Assembly (NCBI GenBank): GCA_026983715.1 | Contig: JALSTM010000042.1 | Location: forward strand, 14,594-78,593 | Source: Desulfobacterales bacterium | GTDB lineage: Bacteria > Desulfobacterota > Syntrophobacteria > B119-G9 | Reading direction: 5' to 3' | Length of the DNA: 64,000 bases | Shown: piece after piece, positions 19,608-29,175 of the stretch | Layout of the letters: each line of letters opens with the position of its first letter | Numbering within the stretch: position 1 is the first letter of the stretch | Made by a program: the position numbers and the translations under genes | The notes under the pieces: model-generated | Database searches by the model: none | What the model was told of the DNA's origin: nothing | The model's input: the letters and a program-made list of their open reading frames with translations, nothing else

Positions 19608-21182
19608 ATGAGGACAATTCAAAATTTGCCAGAAGTGTTTAAAGAGCTTCCAGGTACTTCCTGGATTTCACGAAACGAAGAGGAACTCGAAGAGTTTCTA
19701 ACCACACTGCAGGTTGGTAAAGCCCGCAAAGTAAAATCATCCACACATAGATTGGTGGTAGAAGCTGATAAGTTTTATTTAAAGGTATTTTGTAACGCCA
19801 ACCCCTTGGGCAAATTTAAACTCTGGTTTCACGACATGGCACGTCGTGAATGGGAAAATGCAAAAAAACTGTTCGACTCCACAAGGCTTACAGCAGAACC
19901 TGTTGCGTTCGGAAGATCCCGGAATTTCTCGTATTTCGTAAGTAAATCCCTCCAACCCTGTGAGTCCCTTTCGGCATTCGTCCCTGGTAATTTGAATACC
20001 CTTTCTCTGAAGCAGAAGAGGGCACTGATAGAAGCCTTTTTAGAATTCCTGGAAAAACTCCGGGGTTGCGGTTTTTTCCAGCCGGATTTCCACCTTGATA
20101 ATATTCTCATAATAAGTAAAAACGACGACGGGTATCAATTCTACATAATTGATTTACACAGGGCTTCCTTTACCGATGCACCCCTTGTGTTTTCAAAATG
20201 GGCTGAACAACTAACCTACATTTTGCCTTGTTTTGATTTCTTACCCTACGGGGATTTGAGACGGTTTTGGGTCATGCTGAAAAAACGATATCCCGAGATG
20301 GAAAAATACCTTCCATACGTAATCAGCAGGTCATACTCCCGCATGAGAGTTCACTGGTGTAAAAGGGAAAAAAAGATAAGACACGGGGAACATAGAATTA
20401 ACCACGAGAAATTTGAAGGTTATCTTAAGCCTGATAAGCTACCCGAAACTATAAAGAAGCATCTAGTAGCTGAACCGGAAAACTTATTTCTCTTTTGCAC
20501 TAACATATACAAGGATTCCAGGAGTGCCAAGATAGGGAGCCTTGAATACAAGGGTAACAGGTATATTTTCAAGAGGTATAACAGGAGAGGCTTCCTGCAC
20601 TCGCTAAAATACAGGTTTAGAACATCAAGAGCCTTATCTCACTGGGAAAAAAGCATCAAATTCATTTATCGCAACCTACCCACGCCAGAAATACTTGCGG
20701 CCATAGAAGAGAGAAAGCGTGGTTTTCTTCACATAAGCTACGTCCTGTCTGCAATGGTCGGTGAAGGGGAAAGTGGCTTCAGAAATCACATGGACTATCT
20801 GGAAAGAAATTCACCAGAAGCTCTAAGACACCTAGTTTTAATGGTCTGGGAAATGCACCAACGTGGCATATACCATGGAGACGCCAAGCTTTCCAATTTC
20901 ATACGGGATCCCGGCGTGCATAAATACGGGTACTATGTTATCGACCTTGACGGTTCTCGATTCAAAAGATCGGTAAACGCTTTTGAGCGACTCTGTGATC
21001 TGGCCGACCTTGCGTCATCCATTGAGTTTTTTGGTATTATTGATAACCCTTCAGGAATCATCTTTAACTATTACTTCAGCCTTGGAGGAGAATCCCCCAA
21101 GTACCTATCATTAAAGCGGAAGTTTTTCTATTACCAGGTGAAGAAGAAACTCAGTCACAAAAGAAGAAGACAGCTGGGCTAA
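19608..21182 (+). CDS. lipopolysaccharide kinase (Kdo/WaaP) family protein with tandem kinase-like domains
   Basis: 524 aa. Two kinase-like halves are present, one around IIDLHRASF and one around YHGDAKLSNFIRD…YVIDLDGSRFK. The protein lies in the LPS core locus. Confidence 0.65.
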   Translation: MRTIQNLPEVFKELPGTSWISRNEEELEEFLTTLQVGKARKVKSSTHRLVVEADKFYLKVFCNANPLGKFKLWFHDMARREWENAKKLFDSTRLTAEPVAFGRSRNFSYFVSKSLQPCESLSAFVPGNLNTLSLKQKRALIEAFLEFLEKLRGCGFFQPDFHLDNILIISKNDDGYQFYIIDLHRASFTDAPLVFSKWAEQLTYILPCFDFLPYGDLRRFWVMLKKRYPEMEKYLPYVISRSYSRMRVHWCKREKKIRHGEHRINHEKFEGYLKPDKLPETIKKHLVAEPENLFLFCTNIYKDSRSAKIGSLEYKGNRYIFKRYNRRGFLHSLKYRFRTSRALSHWEKSIKFIYRNLPTPEILAAIEERKRGFLHISYVLSAMVGEGESGFRNHMDYLERNSPEALRHLVLMVWEMHQRGIYHGDAKLSNFIRDPGVHKYGYYVIDLDGSRFKRSVNAFERLCDLADLASSIEFFGIIDNPSGIIFNYYFSLGGESPKYLSLKRKFFYYQVKKKLSHKRRRQLG

Positions 21183-21991
21183 AGCTTATTTTTAATCGTG
21201 TGCTTCTCTATTTTCTCCTTTTTTCTGAAAATTTTCGCAATTAAATGCCCATCGTGCAATACCCCGTATTTTTCGAAAAAGTACTCGAGCTCTTCTTTAG
21301 TAAGGCAAGATGCAGAGAAACAAAACTGTGCCAGATCTTTCACTCGCCATCTTTCAGGCAAACTTCCGGAATGAACCATGACTCTCTGGTTATCGATAAT
21401 AAAAACCCTCGGAACATCACCCTCGAACCTGACCAGGAAATGGCAAAGGTAGAGGTCCTGATGATTTATGCCTGAATCGTGCATTTTTCTTACTATTCGT
21501 GCAAGCTCTTCAACCAGGAGTTTCCTGCGGACTCGTACTGCTTCACCGGAATCTGGCTGAAATTTTTCAAACCAGTCGCAGGCCCGGATAATGTTTTCAA
21601 TGGCAAGAGTCATGGTAAATGACCTGCCTTGACATTCTCCATAGGCCACTGGAACCGCGGTAGGAACCCCTAGGCGGTTAAGATAAACAAGGGCTTCCCA
21701 TTCGTTCCTAGCACCGAAAATAGGTCTTGTAAGCCGAATGATTTGCTTAAAATATTCCGTAATAGGTGACCGCAGGTATCTTTTGAGGAAGCAATTTACA
21801 GCTCCATCTTGGCTATCGAGGGTGATCTTAGTGGTGTACCTTTCTTTTAGTGCTTTCTTCACGATCCTTCCACCGGAGAATCGCATGATGGCGTCGAAAG
21901 TCCCAAGATCGTTTTCAAGGAGTAATCTTTCGAAATCGGAATTTACAATTAACCTGCCGCGATCCAGGGCTTTGGTTTTAATCCTGTTCAT
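21179..21991 (-). CDS. lipopolysaccharide kinase (Kdo/WaaP/InaA family)
   Basis: 270 aa. The motifs MHDSGINHQDLYLCHFLV and RVFIIDNQR resemble the Kdo kinase / WaaP family. Its stop overlaps the neighbouring kinase gene. Confidence 0.7.
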   Translation of the reverse strand: MNRIKTKALDRGRLIVNSDFERLLLENDLGTFDAIMRFSGGRIVKKALKERYTTKITLDSQDGAVNCFLKRYLRSPITEYFKQIIRLTRPIFGARNEWEALVYLNRLGVPTAVPVAYGECQGRSFTMTLAIENIIRACDWFEKFQPDSGEAVRVRRKLLVEELARIVRKMHDSGINHQDLYLCHFLVRFEGDVPRVFIIDNQRVMVHSGSLPERWRVKDLAQFCFSASCLTKEELEYFFEKYGVLHDGHLIAKIFRKKEKIEKHTIKNKL

Positions 21992-23124
21992 TTGCTTAGA
22001 CCAAGTTCTTTTTCAAAAACTGCCAATGTCTGACTGGCATTCTGTTCTATAGAATATTTTTCAGCTTTAAGCCGAGCCTGCCTTCGCATTTTACCCTTTT
22101 CACTCGCTGGCAGTAGTACAAAATGATATAGTTTTTCCACCAGTTTCTCAACAATTCTCCGGGGTTCATCTATCACGTAGCCGTCAACAGACTCAGTTAT
22201 TAGTTCTGAAGCACCATTATTAACCGTAGTAATCACTGGCGTCCCACACGCCATGGCTTCCAGACATACATTTGCAAAAGGGTCGTACCTGGTGGGCAAA
22301 ACAAAAATGTCCGCAGATCGATAGTAGTCTTCGACATTCGATACTTCACCAACGAAGAAAACTGAATTGCCTATACCAAGTTTTCTAACTTTTTTCTGGT
22401 AAGTTTTTTTTCCATCCTTCCCCACAACCACGAGTTTTAAACCAACTCCCCTGGATTTAAGTATCGCGATGGCATCAAGCAAGTAATCCAGTCCCTTCCT
22501 TTTGAAATCCATGGAAACAAAGAGAAGTACAGTCTCGCTTCCATCCAACCTTAGTTCCTCTCGAACCCTGCCCTCTCCTGGAGAGAACCTCTCTAACTCG
22601 ACACCGTTATAGACAACGTATATCCTGCTAGCTGGGTAATTGTAAGTGTTCACCACCTGAGATTTCACAAGTTTAGAATTGGTTATGATAATCCGGGTAT
22701 TTTCCGGATTTAAGATATTTTTCTCCAGGGAGAGTATCACCCTGTGCCGCGGATTAGCCTGTTCCAGTAATCTTCGGAGTTTCCCAGGATAACGCACTTT
22801 CATCCACTGCGCGTGCAAAGGATCGGACACTCTGAAGGCATCCACGGGGTATGTCCTGGACAGCGCGTAGCTCCAGTCAGGCCGGATTTCACTGAGAATC
22901 CGCTGGCAGTTTTCATGAAACGAGAGGTTTTTTGTAGAGGAACTTCTATTCTTTACATGAACGCGAACGTGTTTGATACCACCACAACTGCTATCATCAA
23001 ACTTGTTACTTAGAACGTACACCTCGTGTCCCATGGACGCCATTTCGGCACAGAGGTTCATACAATAGCGTTCTGCTCCACCCTTGAAGAAGCCACATTC
23101 TTTTCGAACTATCGCTATCTTCAA
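21988..23124 (-). CDS. glycosyltransferase family 1 (GT4)
   Basis: 378 aa. The GT1 C-terminal domain is present (…FVLPTRYDPFANVCLEAMACGTPVITT…). Confidence 0.8.
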   Translation of the reverse strand: MKIAIVRKECGFFKGGAERYCMNLCAEMASMGHEVYVLSNKFDDSSCGGIKHVRVHVKNRSSSTKNLSFHENCQRILSEIRPDWSYALSRTYPVDAFRVSDPLHAQWMKVRYPGKLRRLLEQANPRHRVILSLEKNILNPENTRIIITNSKLVKSQVVNTYNYPASRIYVVYNGVELERFSPGEGRVREELRLDGSETVLLFVSMDFKRKGLDYLLDAIAILKSRGVGLKLVVVGKDGKKTYQKKVRKLGIGNSVFFVGEVSNVEDYYRSADIFVLPTRYDPFANVCLEAMACGTPVITTVNNGASELITESVDGYVIDEPRRIVEKLVEKLYHFVLLPASEKGKMRRQARLKAEKYSIEQNASQTLAVFEKELGLSK

Positions 23125-23152
23125 TCTCTCTTAGGCCTCTCCCTTTACCCTA

Positions 23153-25324
23153 TCAGTGTCTTCGACTTTTTATTTTTTCTATCTGGCGGGTTAGATCAAG
23201 CATGGTAATGCGCAAATCTTCGGGAGACTTTTCTCCCTTAATCCCTTCCCGCATGGCACCAAGTGCCGCTTCCTGGCACGCAGCAGCTATGTCGGCACCT
23301 GAAAAGCCTTCCCCGGCCAAGGAAGCAAGTTTAGCAGTGTCTATCTCCTCTTCCACCGGCTTTCCTTTGAGGTGGATTTTAAATATTTCTTCCCTTGCTT
23401 TCTGATCGGGCATGGGTAACTCAAGAACCAGGTCAAAACGGCCTGGACGGAGTAGCGCAGGATCCAACAGTTCCGGGTGAGCAGTAGCCGCCAGTACTAT
23501 CACTCCCGTAAGCTTTTCAATGCCATCCATTTCGTTCAAAAACTGGCTTACCATTCTCTGGCCCACCTCGTTGTGGTACACACCACTTCGAATTGCGGCA
23601 AAAGAGTCTATCTCGTCGAAAAAAATAATACACGGTGCAGAAAGTCGTGCCTTTTTAAAAACGTCGCGAATCCCTTTTTCACTTTCGCCAACGTACTTTG
23701 AGATAAGTTCCGGGCCCTTTACCGCTATGAAATTCACCCCGGATTCCCTTGCCACGGCCTGGGCAACCAGCGTTTTCCCAGTTCCATGGGCGCCTGTTAA
23801 CAGCACACCCTTTGGAGGTTCACAGCTCAGGGCCTCAAAGTATTCCGGGTACCTTATTGGCCATTCTATCGCCTCCCTTAACTTTTCCTTTACCTCATCA
23901 AGCCCGCCAATATCTCTCCAGTGAATATCGGGGACCTCAAGAAATACTTCCCTTATGGCCGAAGGTTCTATTTCTTTCAATGCTCCCAGAAAATCTTCCT
24001 GCGTAACGGTTATTTTTTCAAGGAACTCCTCAGGCAGACGTTGATTTTCTGACTCAATTTCCGGCATAAACCTCCTGATTGCATTCATCGCGGCTTCTCG
24101 GCACAGTGCGGCAAGATCGGCACCGACAAAGCCGTGAGTTCTCCTGGCCAGTTCTTTCAAATCAACATCTTCGTCCAGAGGCATTTTCCTGGAATGAATT
24201 TCTAGTATCGCCTGCCTCGCCGTAGCTTTTGGTATTGGTATAGCAATTTCCCTGTCAAAGCGTCCAGGTCTTCTTAGCGCGGGGTCTAGAACGTTCGGGA
24301 TGTTGGTAGCTCCTATAACTATTACCTGTCCCCGCTGCTCAAGCCCGTCCATGAGAGCCAGCAACTGAGCCACCACTCTTTTTTCAACTTCCCCTTGGAC
24401 TTCCTCTCGTTTCGGGGCAATGGCGTCAATTTCATCCAGGAATATAATTGCAGGTGCTTCTTTGGTAGCTTCTTCAAAAATCGTCCTTAGCGCCGCTTCG
24501 CTCTCACCGTAATACTTGTTCATTATTTCCGGCCCGTTTATCAGGAAAAACCTGGCATCAACTTCGTCAGCTATGATTCTCGCCATCAGAGTTTTACCTG
24601 TTCCGGGAGGACCATGCATTAGAACACCTTTTGGGGGATCAACGCCAAGGTGTTCAAAAAGCTCAGGATGTTTAAGGGGAACTTCAACTATTTCCTTTAC
24701 TTTTTTCAGTTCATCATCAAGTCCACCTATGTCTTCATAAGTTAAGCGGGTCCTTCGCTCCACTTCGTACTGCATCTCTCCGCCTCGACCGATAATTTCT
24801 ATCGCGGTCTGGGGGCCTACAAGTGCAACCGGCATGGGAGGATCTATGGCACTAACAATGAAAGAATGAGGGTGAGAACCCTTTTCTTTTATCCCGACTC
24901 GATCTCCTACCACAAGGGGACGATCCTTCAGAATTTCCTCGATTTGCTTTTCGCTGTGCATCCTGCATTCTGCACACCCGGAAAAATCAAGTATGACTCG
25001 CCCGGCAATACCTGGATTCGCTCTACGAATGGATACCTTTTCAAACAGATCCGTTCGAACGTTTTGCCTTGCTTCATCGTTAAGATGTATCACCCCCCTA
25101 GTTTCACGTTCAGGAGGGATTGCAACCACGCGAATTGCACTTCGTCTCCTGCCCAGGATCTCGATATAATCGCCAGATTTAGCTCCAATCAGAGCCAGGT
25201 CTCTAGTGCCGACCCTCGCTCGATAAGCGTGTTCATCTTCGGGGAATGCTTTTAAAACAATGAGCTGTAGCGTCTTCCGGCTGGTTTCTTGAACAGAATC
25301 TGACATTTTGCGTTCGACTTCCAT
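23153..25324 (-). CDS. CDC48/VCP-like double-AAA+ ATPase with N-terminal double-psi barrel domain
   Basis: 723 aa. There are two Walker A boxes ([13 protein letters not shown] and [13 protein letters not shown]) with second-region-of-homology and arginine fingers. The N-domain ([23 protein letters not shown]…[12 protein letters not shown]) resembles CDC48_N. The start could alternatively be at MSDSVQ (25306). Confidence 0.85.
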   Translation of the reverse strand: MEVERKMSDSVQETSRKTLQLIVLKAFPEDEHAYRARVGTRDLALIGAKSGDYIEILGRRRSAIRVVAIPPERETRGVIHLNDEARQNVRTDLFEKVSIRRANPGIAGRVILDFSGCAECRMHSEKQIEEILKDRPLVVGDRVGIKEKGSHPHSFIVSAIDPPMPVALVGPQTAIEIIGRGGEMQYEVERRTRLTYEDIGGLDDELKKVKEIVEVPLKHPELFEHLGVDPPKGVLMHGPPGTGKTLMARIIADEVDARFFLINGPEIMNKYYGESEAALRTIFEEATKEAPAIIFLDEIDAIAPKREEVQGEVEKRVVAQLLALMDGLEQRGQVIVIGATNIPNVLDPALRRPGRFDREIAIPIPKATARQAILEIHSRKMPLDEDVDLKELARRTHGFVGADLAALCREAAMNAIRRFMPEIESENQRLPEEFLEKITVTQEDFLGALKEIEPSAIREVFLEVPDIHWRDIGGLDEVKEKLREAIEWPIRYPEYFEALSCEPPKGVLLTGAHGTGKTLVAQAVARESGVNFIAVKGPELISKYVGESEKGIRDVFKKARLSAPCIIFFDEIDSFAAIRSGVYHNEVGQRMVSQFLNEMDGIEKLTGVIVLAATAHPELLDPALLRPGRFDLVLELPMPDQKAREEIFKIHLKGKPVEEEIDTAKLASLAGEGFSGADIAAACQEAALGAMREGIKGEKSPEDLRITMLDLTRQIEKIKSRRH

Positions 25325-25384
25325 AGGATTTTTGAGTTAATAATAAATGGCATCTGTAATTTGGTCAAATAGAGTGTTGGCTTT

Positions 25385-25444
25385 CACCACAGAGACACAG
25401 AAAACCCAGAGATGATTATTCTTTTTTGTCTGTTGCGAGATACC
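25385..25444. repeat. 60-bp direct repeat, left copy, flanking the GxxExxY gene
   Basis: The string caccacagagacacagaaaacccagagatgattattcttttttgtctgttgcgagatacc is repeated at 26070–26129 with 2 mismatches. It contains the hairpin ttgtctgt…acagacaa. Confidence 0.8.
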
Positions 25445-25535
25445 AACAGACAAAATACTCTACTGTTGTCGAAAACGACAACAGTACAACTAACCGAGAT
25501 ATCTTAATGCAAGACCTTTTTTTCCTAGGTGTAAA

Positions 25536-25922
25536 ATGATTACCGACAACATTAATAGACTGACAGGAATAGTTATCGGGTGTGCCATCGAAGTCCACAA
25601 AGCGCTTGGACCAGGATTATTAGAGTCTGCATACGAGCAATGCTTATGTCACGAGTTAAAAATAAGAAAAATACCATTTGAGAGACAAAAAGCTGTACCC
25701 ATAACCTATAAAGGAATAAAACTTGATTGCGGGTACCGTTTGGACATGGTGGTAGCAAACCGGCTCGTACTTGAGATTAAGGCTAGCGAAGAGATTTTAC
25801 CCATACACGAGGCCCAGATTCTAACATATTTGAAGCTAACCGGTATAAAATGCGGACTGATTATTAATTTTAATGTCCCCGTATTAAAAGATGGTATTAA
25901 ACGTTTGAGGCTATTTGATTAG
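25536..25922 (+). CDS. GxxExxY family protein (PD-(D/E)xK nuclease-like)
   Basis: 128 aa. The sequence MITDNINRLTGIVIGCAIEVHKALGPGLLESAYEQCL…LVLEIKA matches the GxxExxY-type family (GLLESAYE) and a PD-(D/E)xK-like core (D-x-V…E-I-K). Confidence 0.75.
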   Translation: MITDNINRLTGIVIGCAIEVHKALGPGLLESAYEQCLCHELKIRKIPFERQKAVPITYKGIKLDCGYRLDMVVANRLVLEIKASEEILPIHEAQILTYLKLTGIKCGLIINFNVPVLKDGIKRLRLFD

Positions 25923-26069
25923 AAAAATTATAGCATGCCACGAAGTGGCATGAGGTTTTTCTCCAATCGGCATCTCCCGATTGGAGAAAAAATAAGCACA
26001 AACTCAGTGTACTCTGTGACTCTGTGGTTAATTTTAAACAAAATACAAAAATCTCTTGACTTCAATTTC

Positions 26070-26129
26070 CACCACAAAGACACAGAAAACCCAGAGATGA
26101 TTATTCTTTTTTGTCTGTCGCGAGATACC
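26070..26129. repeat. 60-bp direct repeat, right copy
   Basis: It matches 25385–25444 (58/60 nt) and abuts or overlaps the 5' end of the MoxR ORF. Confidence 0.8.
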
Positions 26130-26164
26130 GAGCTATAGCAGACATCGAAATGGAGGAGAGCTAC

Positions 26165-26986
26165 ATGTACTTTTCTGGAACCGATCGTTATTATCTCACT
26201 AGAGAACTCGAAGAAATAGTGAACATTGCAATCCAGATGGAAAAACCGCTTCTTTTAACCGGTGAAGCAGGAACCGGCAAAACGCAACTTGCCTTTGAAA
26301 TCGCTCGCTCTCTCAGGTTGAAAATGGAAGAAGCGCGCTGCAAATCAACGTTCCGAGGTGAAGAACTTTGCTACGTGTACGACACTGTTCTGCGCTTGAA
26401 TGATTCAAGGTTCGGTAGCGGGGAATCTGGTAGAGACGTAAACAACATCTGGGACTACCTGAGATTTGGTCCCATCGGGCGGGCATTCCTGGCAGAAGAC
26501 AGGCGGGTTTTGTTGCTTGATGAAATAGATAAAACTGACTCGGACACACAGGATAACCTCCTTGATGTCCTGGAAGATGGGTCATTTATCATTCGAGAGA
26601 TCAACCACAAGGTGGTTGCGAAGAAACGCCCCATAATTATCATTACCAGCAATGCCAAAAGAGAACTATCCGATCCGTTTTTGAGGCGTTGTTTTTGCCA
26701 CCATATTCCATTTCCGTCACCAGAAGAAATGGCACACATAATAAGACTTCATTTTCCCGACATAACTGATGAATTTCTTTTTCAATCAATCGACGTTTTT
26801 TACGATCTGAGAGCAAAAAATTTCGAGAAACTTCCTGCAACCGCGGAGTTGATCGACTGGATAGGGGCAATGAAATCAAGTGGTTGCCAATCTCCAAGTC
26901 GAGACGGAAAAATTCCCTACGTGGGAACTCTGCTCAAGAGAACCCGGGATATTATCAAGTTCAGGAATATGGTAGCCAGGAAATGA
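26165..26986 (+). CDS. MoxR-family AAA+ ATPase (CoxD/CbbQ/NorQ-like, AAA_5)
   Basis: Walker A box LLLTGEAGTGKTQLA and Walker B box VLLLDEIDKT are present with sensor motifs. The ORF in the track starts at TTG 26111 inside the repeat. The ATG at 26165 (MYFSGTDRYYL), preceded by GGAGG at -8, is the likely start. Confidence 0.85.
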   Translation: MYFSGTDRYYLTRELEEIVNIAIQMEKPLLLTGEAGTGKTQLAFEIARSLRLKMEEARCKSTFRGEELCYVYDTVLRLNDSRFGSGESGRDVNNIWDYLRFGPIGRAFLAEDRRVLLLDEIDKTDSDTQDNLLDVLEDGSFIIREINHKVVAKKRPIIIITSNAKRELSDPFLRRCFCHHIPFPSPEEMAHIIRLHFPDITDEFLFQSIDVFYDLRAKNFEKLPATAELIDWIGAMKSSGCQSPSRDGKIPYVGTLLKRTRDIIKFRNMVARK

Positions 26987-28194
26987 CAAAAATGCTGGTT
27001 TCGTTTTTATATCATCTGAAAAACAGGGGAATACCAATAAGCGTAAAGTACGCCATGGAATTGGTGGAAGCCGTACAGAGAGGCCTTGCCCCGGATCTCC
27101 AGAGATTCTTTATCTTAGCACGGCTTATTTGTGTTAAGAAAGTGGAACATTACGATGCTTACGAACAGGCCTTCGCTTCGTTTTTTCTAGGGAAGGAGTT
27201 CAAAGGGGATCTAAAAAAAGAATTTGATATTCTAAATTCACCCCTTTTTAACAGCTGGCTTAAGCGTGAAATAGAAAAGGGGAATCTCAATAGGTCTTCA
27301 ATTCACAAAATCCCCCTACCGGAACTTCTGGAAAGATTCTGGAACACACTCCTCGAACAAAAAGGAGAACACCATGGGGGGCACCGGTGGATTGGTACAG
27401 GAGGAACCTCCCCTTTCGGGCATTCAGGAAACAGCGCCGTAGGCGTAAGGGTGGGGGGAGAAGGAACACATTTTTCAGCCCTCAAGGTTATCGAGAAGCG
27501 CCGTTACATCGATTATGCATCTGGTTCATCCATCAGGATGGAAAACCTGGGCCAGGTACTACAGGCGCTCAAGAACCTTGCACCGGTGGGACCAGAAACA
27601 GAGCTCGACGTTGAGGAAACTATTTATCGAACCGCCAAAAACGGTGGCGAAATTGAACTGTATTTCAAAAGAGAGTTAAGAAATAAGCTAAGGATTCTGC
27701 TTCTTCTCGACAATGGGGGCTATTCCATGACCCCTTATACTAACCTTGTAAGCCTTCTATTTGGTAAGCTCAGGCACATCTTCGAAGACGTGGAAACGTT
27801 TTACTTCCACAATTGCATTTACGGTTACGTTTACATAAACCCGGAAAGAACCAGGTCTCTTCCGTTACAAGATTTCCTCTCCAAGGAACCCGATAGTAGG
27901 GTGATTATCATTGGTGATGCCAACATGGCCCCCACAGAGCTATTTCTGTCCGATGGGGCAATCGATTGGGAAACAAACGAAAGAATAACCGGGCTCGAAT
28001 GCTTACAGAAGATTGCTGAACATTTCAAGTGCTCAGTCTGGCTCAATCCAATTCCGAAGTTCAAATGGAAAAGCCAGAGTCCGACGATTGAAAGTGTTGC
28101 CAGAGTCTTTCACATGGAAGATCTAACACTGGACGGGATAAAAAATGCCGTGGAATACCTGAACGAAAGGGGCAAAATATATTCGAAAAACTAA
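26983..28194 (+). CDS. CoxE-like VWA domain protein (partner of the MoxR ATPase)
   Basis: A CoxE/COG3552-like N-terminus (…LVSFLYHLKNRGIPISVKYAMELVEAVQ…) precedes a C-terminal VWA-like region (LRILLLLDNGGYSM…IIIGDANMAP). The ATG at 26983 overlaps the MoxR stop (ATGA), so the two genes are translationally coupled. Confidence 0.75.
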   Translation: MTKMLVSFLYHLKNRGIPISVKYAMELVEAVQRGLAPDLQRFFILARLICVKKVEHYDAYEQAFASFFLGKEFKGDLKKEFDILNSPLFNSWLKREIEKGNLNRSSIHKIPLPELLERFWNTLLEQKGEHHGGHRWIGTGGTSPFGHSGNSAVGVRVGGEGTHFSALKVIEKRRYIDYASGSSIRMENLGQVLQALKNLAPVGPETELDVEETIYRTAKNGGEIELYFKRELRNKLRILLLLDNGGYSMTPYTNLVSLLFGKLRHIFEDVETFYFHNCIYGYVYINPERTRSLPLQDFLSKEPDSRVIIIGDANMAPTELFLSDGAIDWETNERITGLECLQKIAEHFKCSVWLNPIPKFKWKSQSPTIESVARVFHMEDLTLDGIKNAVEYLNERGKIYSKN

Positions 28195-28270
28195 ATAACC
28201 CTCGTCTACGAGACGAAGGATTTCATAACGGTTGATTAAAATCATCTCTTGGGGCAGGGTTGTTCCGGTT

Positions 28271-28403
28271 GTCATGCCTGCCTCCTGATCTAGTCAGGGG
28301 CTTCCTAATTCTGGATTCCTGCTTCCGCGGGAATGATGTGTCGCCTTGCAAAAATCCAAAATTTTATTTAGCTTGAAAGCGAGGGGTTTCCAACATCCCC
28401 GAA
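28271..28403. repeat. intergenic repeat family D, copy 2
   Basis: The string gtcatgcctgcctcctgatctagtcaggggc…ggattcctgcttccgcgggaatgatgtgtcgcc…ggtttccaacatccccgaaag parallels 46290–46450. It contains the palindrome cctgatctagtcagg. Confidence 0.6.
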
Positions 28404-28428
28404 AGAGATACTAAGAAAACAGGGAATT

Positions 28429-29172
28429 GTGGCATACGTACAGAAGGAAATAAGGCATCTCGTTGGAAAGGCTCTTCATGACTATGACATGATACAGCAT
28501 GGAGAGAAAATACTGGTTGCTGTTTCAGGTGGGAAAGACAGTTTTAGCCTTCTTTGGCTCCTCCATGAAAGACTCTCCCGGATTCCCATTACCTATTCGC
28601 TTTTTCCTGTGCATATAGACCTCGGCTTTTCCGAAGATAACCTCGACCATATAGAAAGCTTTCTCAAGACATTCCCCTATTCATACAAAATAGAAAAAAC
28701 TGACTATGGTATTCGGGCTCATAGTGAGGAAAACAGGGAAAATCCTTGTTTTTTATGTTCGTGGCTCAGGCGAAAACGGCTTTTTGAACTTGCAAAAGAA
28801 AATAAGTGCAAAAAAATTGCCTTTGGCCACCACATGGATGACTTGATAGAAACATTCTTTATCAATATTTTTTACAGCGCGCAGATAAGCACCATGCTTC
28901 CGTACCAGGAATTTTTCGGAGGGGAACTTACGGTAATTAGGCCGCTATGTATGGTACCTGAAGAAAAGCTTCTGAGGCTCTGTGAACTCGAGAGAATACC
29001 GATCCTTGAGAATAAATGTCCTTCTGCCGGCAAGGGGAAAAGGGAAAAAATCAGAAAAGTATTGCAAGAATTTTACCGTGAAAATAAAAAGATAAGGGGA
29101 AACATTTTTCATGCCATGCATAACGTGAATTTAGAATATCTTCCAAAAAAGCGCAGAAAACGGGAAGGATAA
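28429..29172 (+). CDS. ttcA: tRNA 2-thiocytidine biosynthesis protein TtcA-like PP-loop ATPase
   Basis: 247 aa. A PP-loop (ILVAVSGGKDSFSLL) and two CxxC-type cysteine pairs (CFLCSWLRR, ENKCPSAG) are typical of the TtcA family. Confidence 0.75.
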   Translation: MAYVQKEIRHLVGKALHDYDMIQHGEKILVAVSGGKDSFSLLWLLHERLSRIPITYSLFPVHIDLGFSEDNLDHIESFLKTFPYSYKIEKTDYGIRAHSEENRENPCFLCSWLRRKRLFELAKENKCKKIAFGHHMDDLIETFFINIFYSAQISTMLPYQEFFGGELTVIRPLCMVPEEKLLRLCELERIPILENKCPSAGKGKREKIRKVLQEFYRENKKIRGNIFHAMHNVNLEYLPKKRRKREG

Positions 29173-29175
29173 CCA

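Noticed and set aside
23202-25255. Multiple 60–130-aa ORFs antisense to the CDC48-like gene
   Set aside because: These are shadow frames of a strongly supported AAA+ coding region with no independent support.
26111-26164. ORF-track start of the MoxR gene at TTG 26111 (MSVARYRAIADIEMEES…)
   Set aside because: This stretch lies within the 60-bp direct repeat, whose other copy is clearly intergenic. The ATG at 26165 with a GGAGG ribosome-binding site fits better. An ATG at 26150 remains possible.
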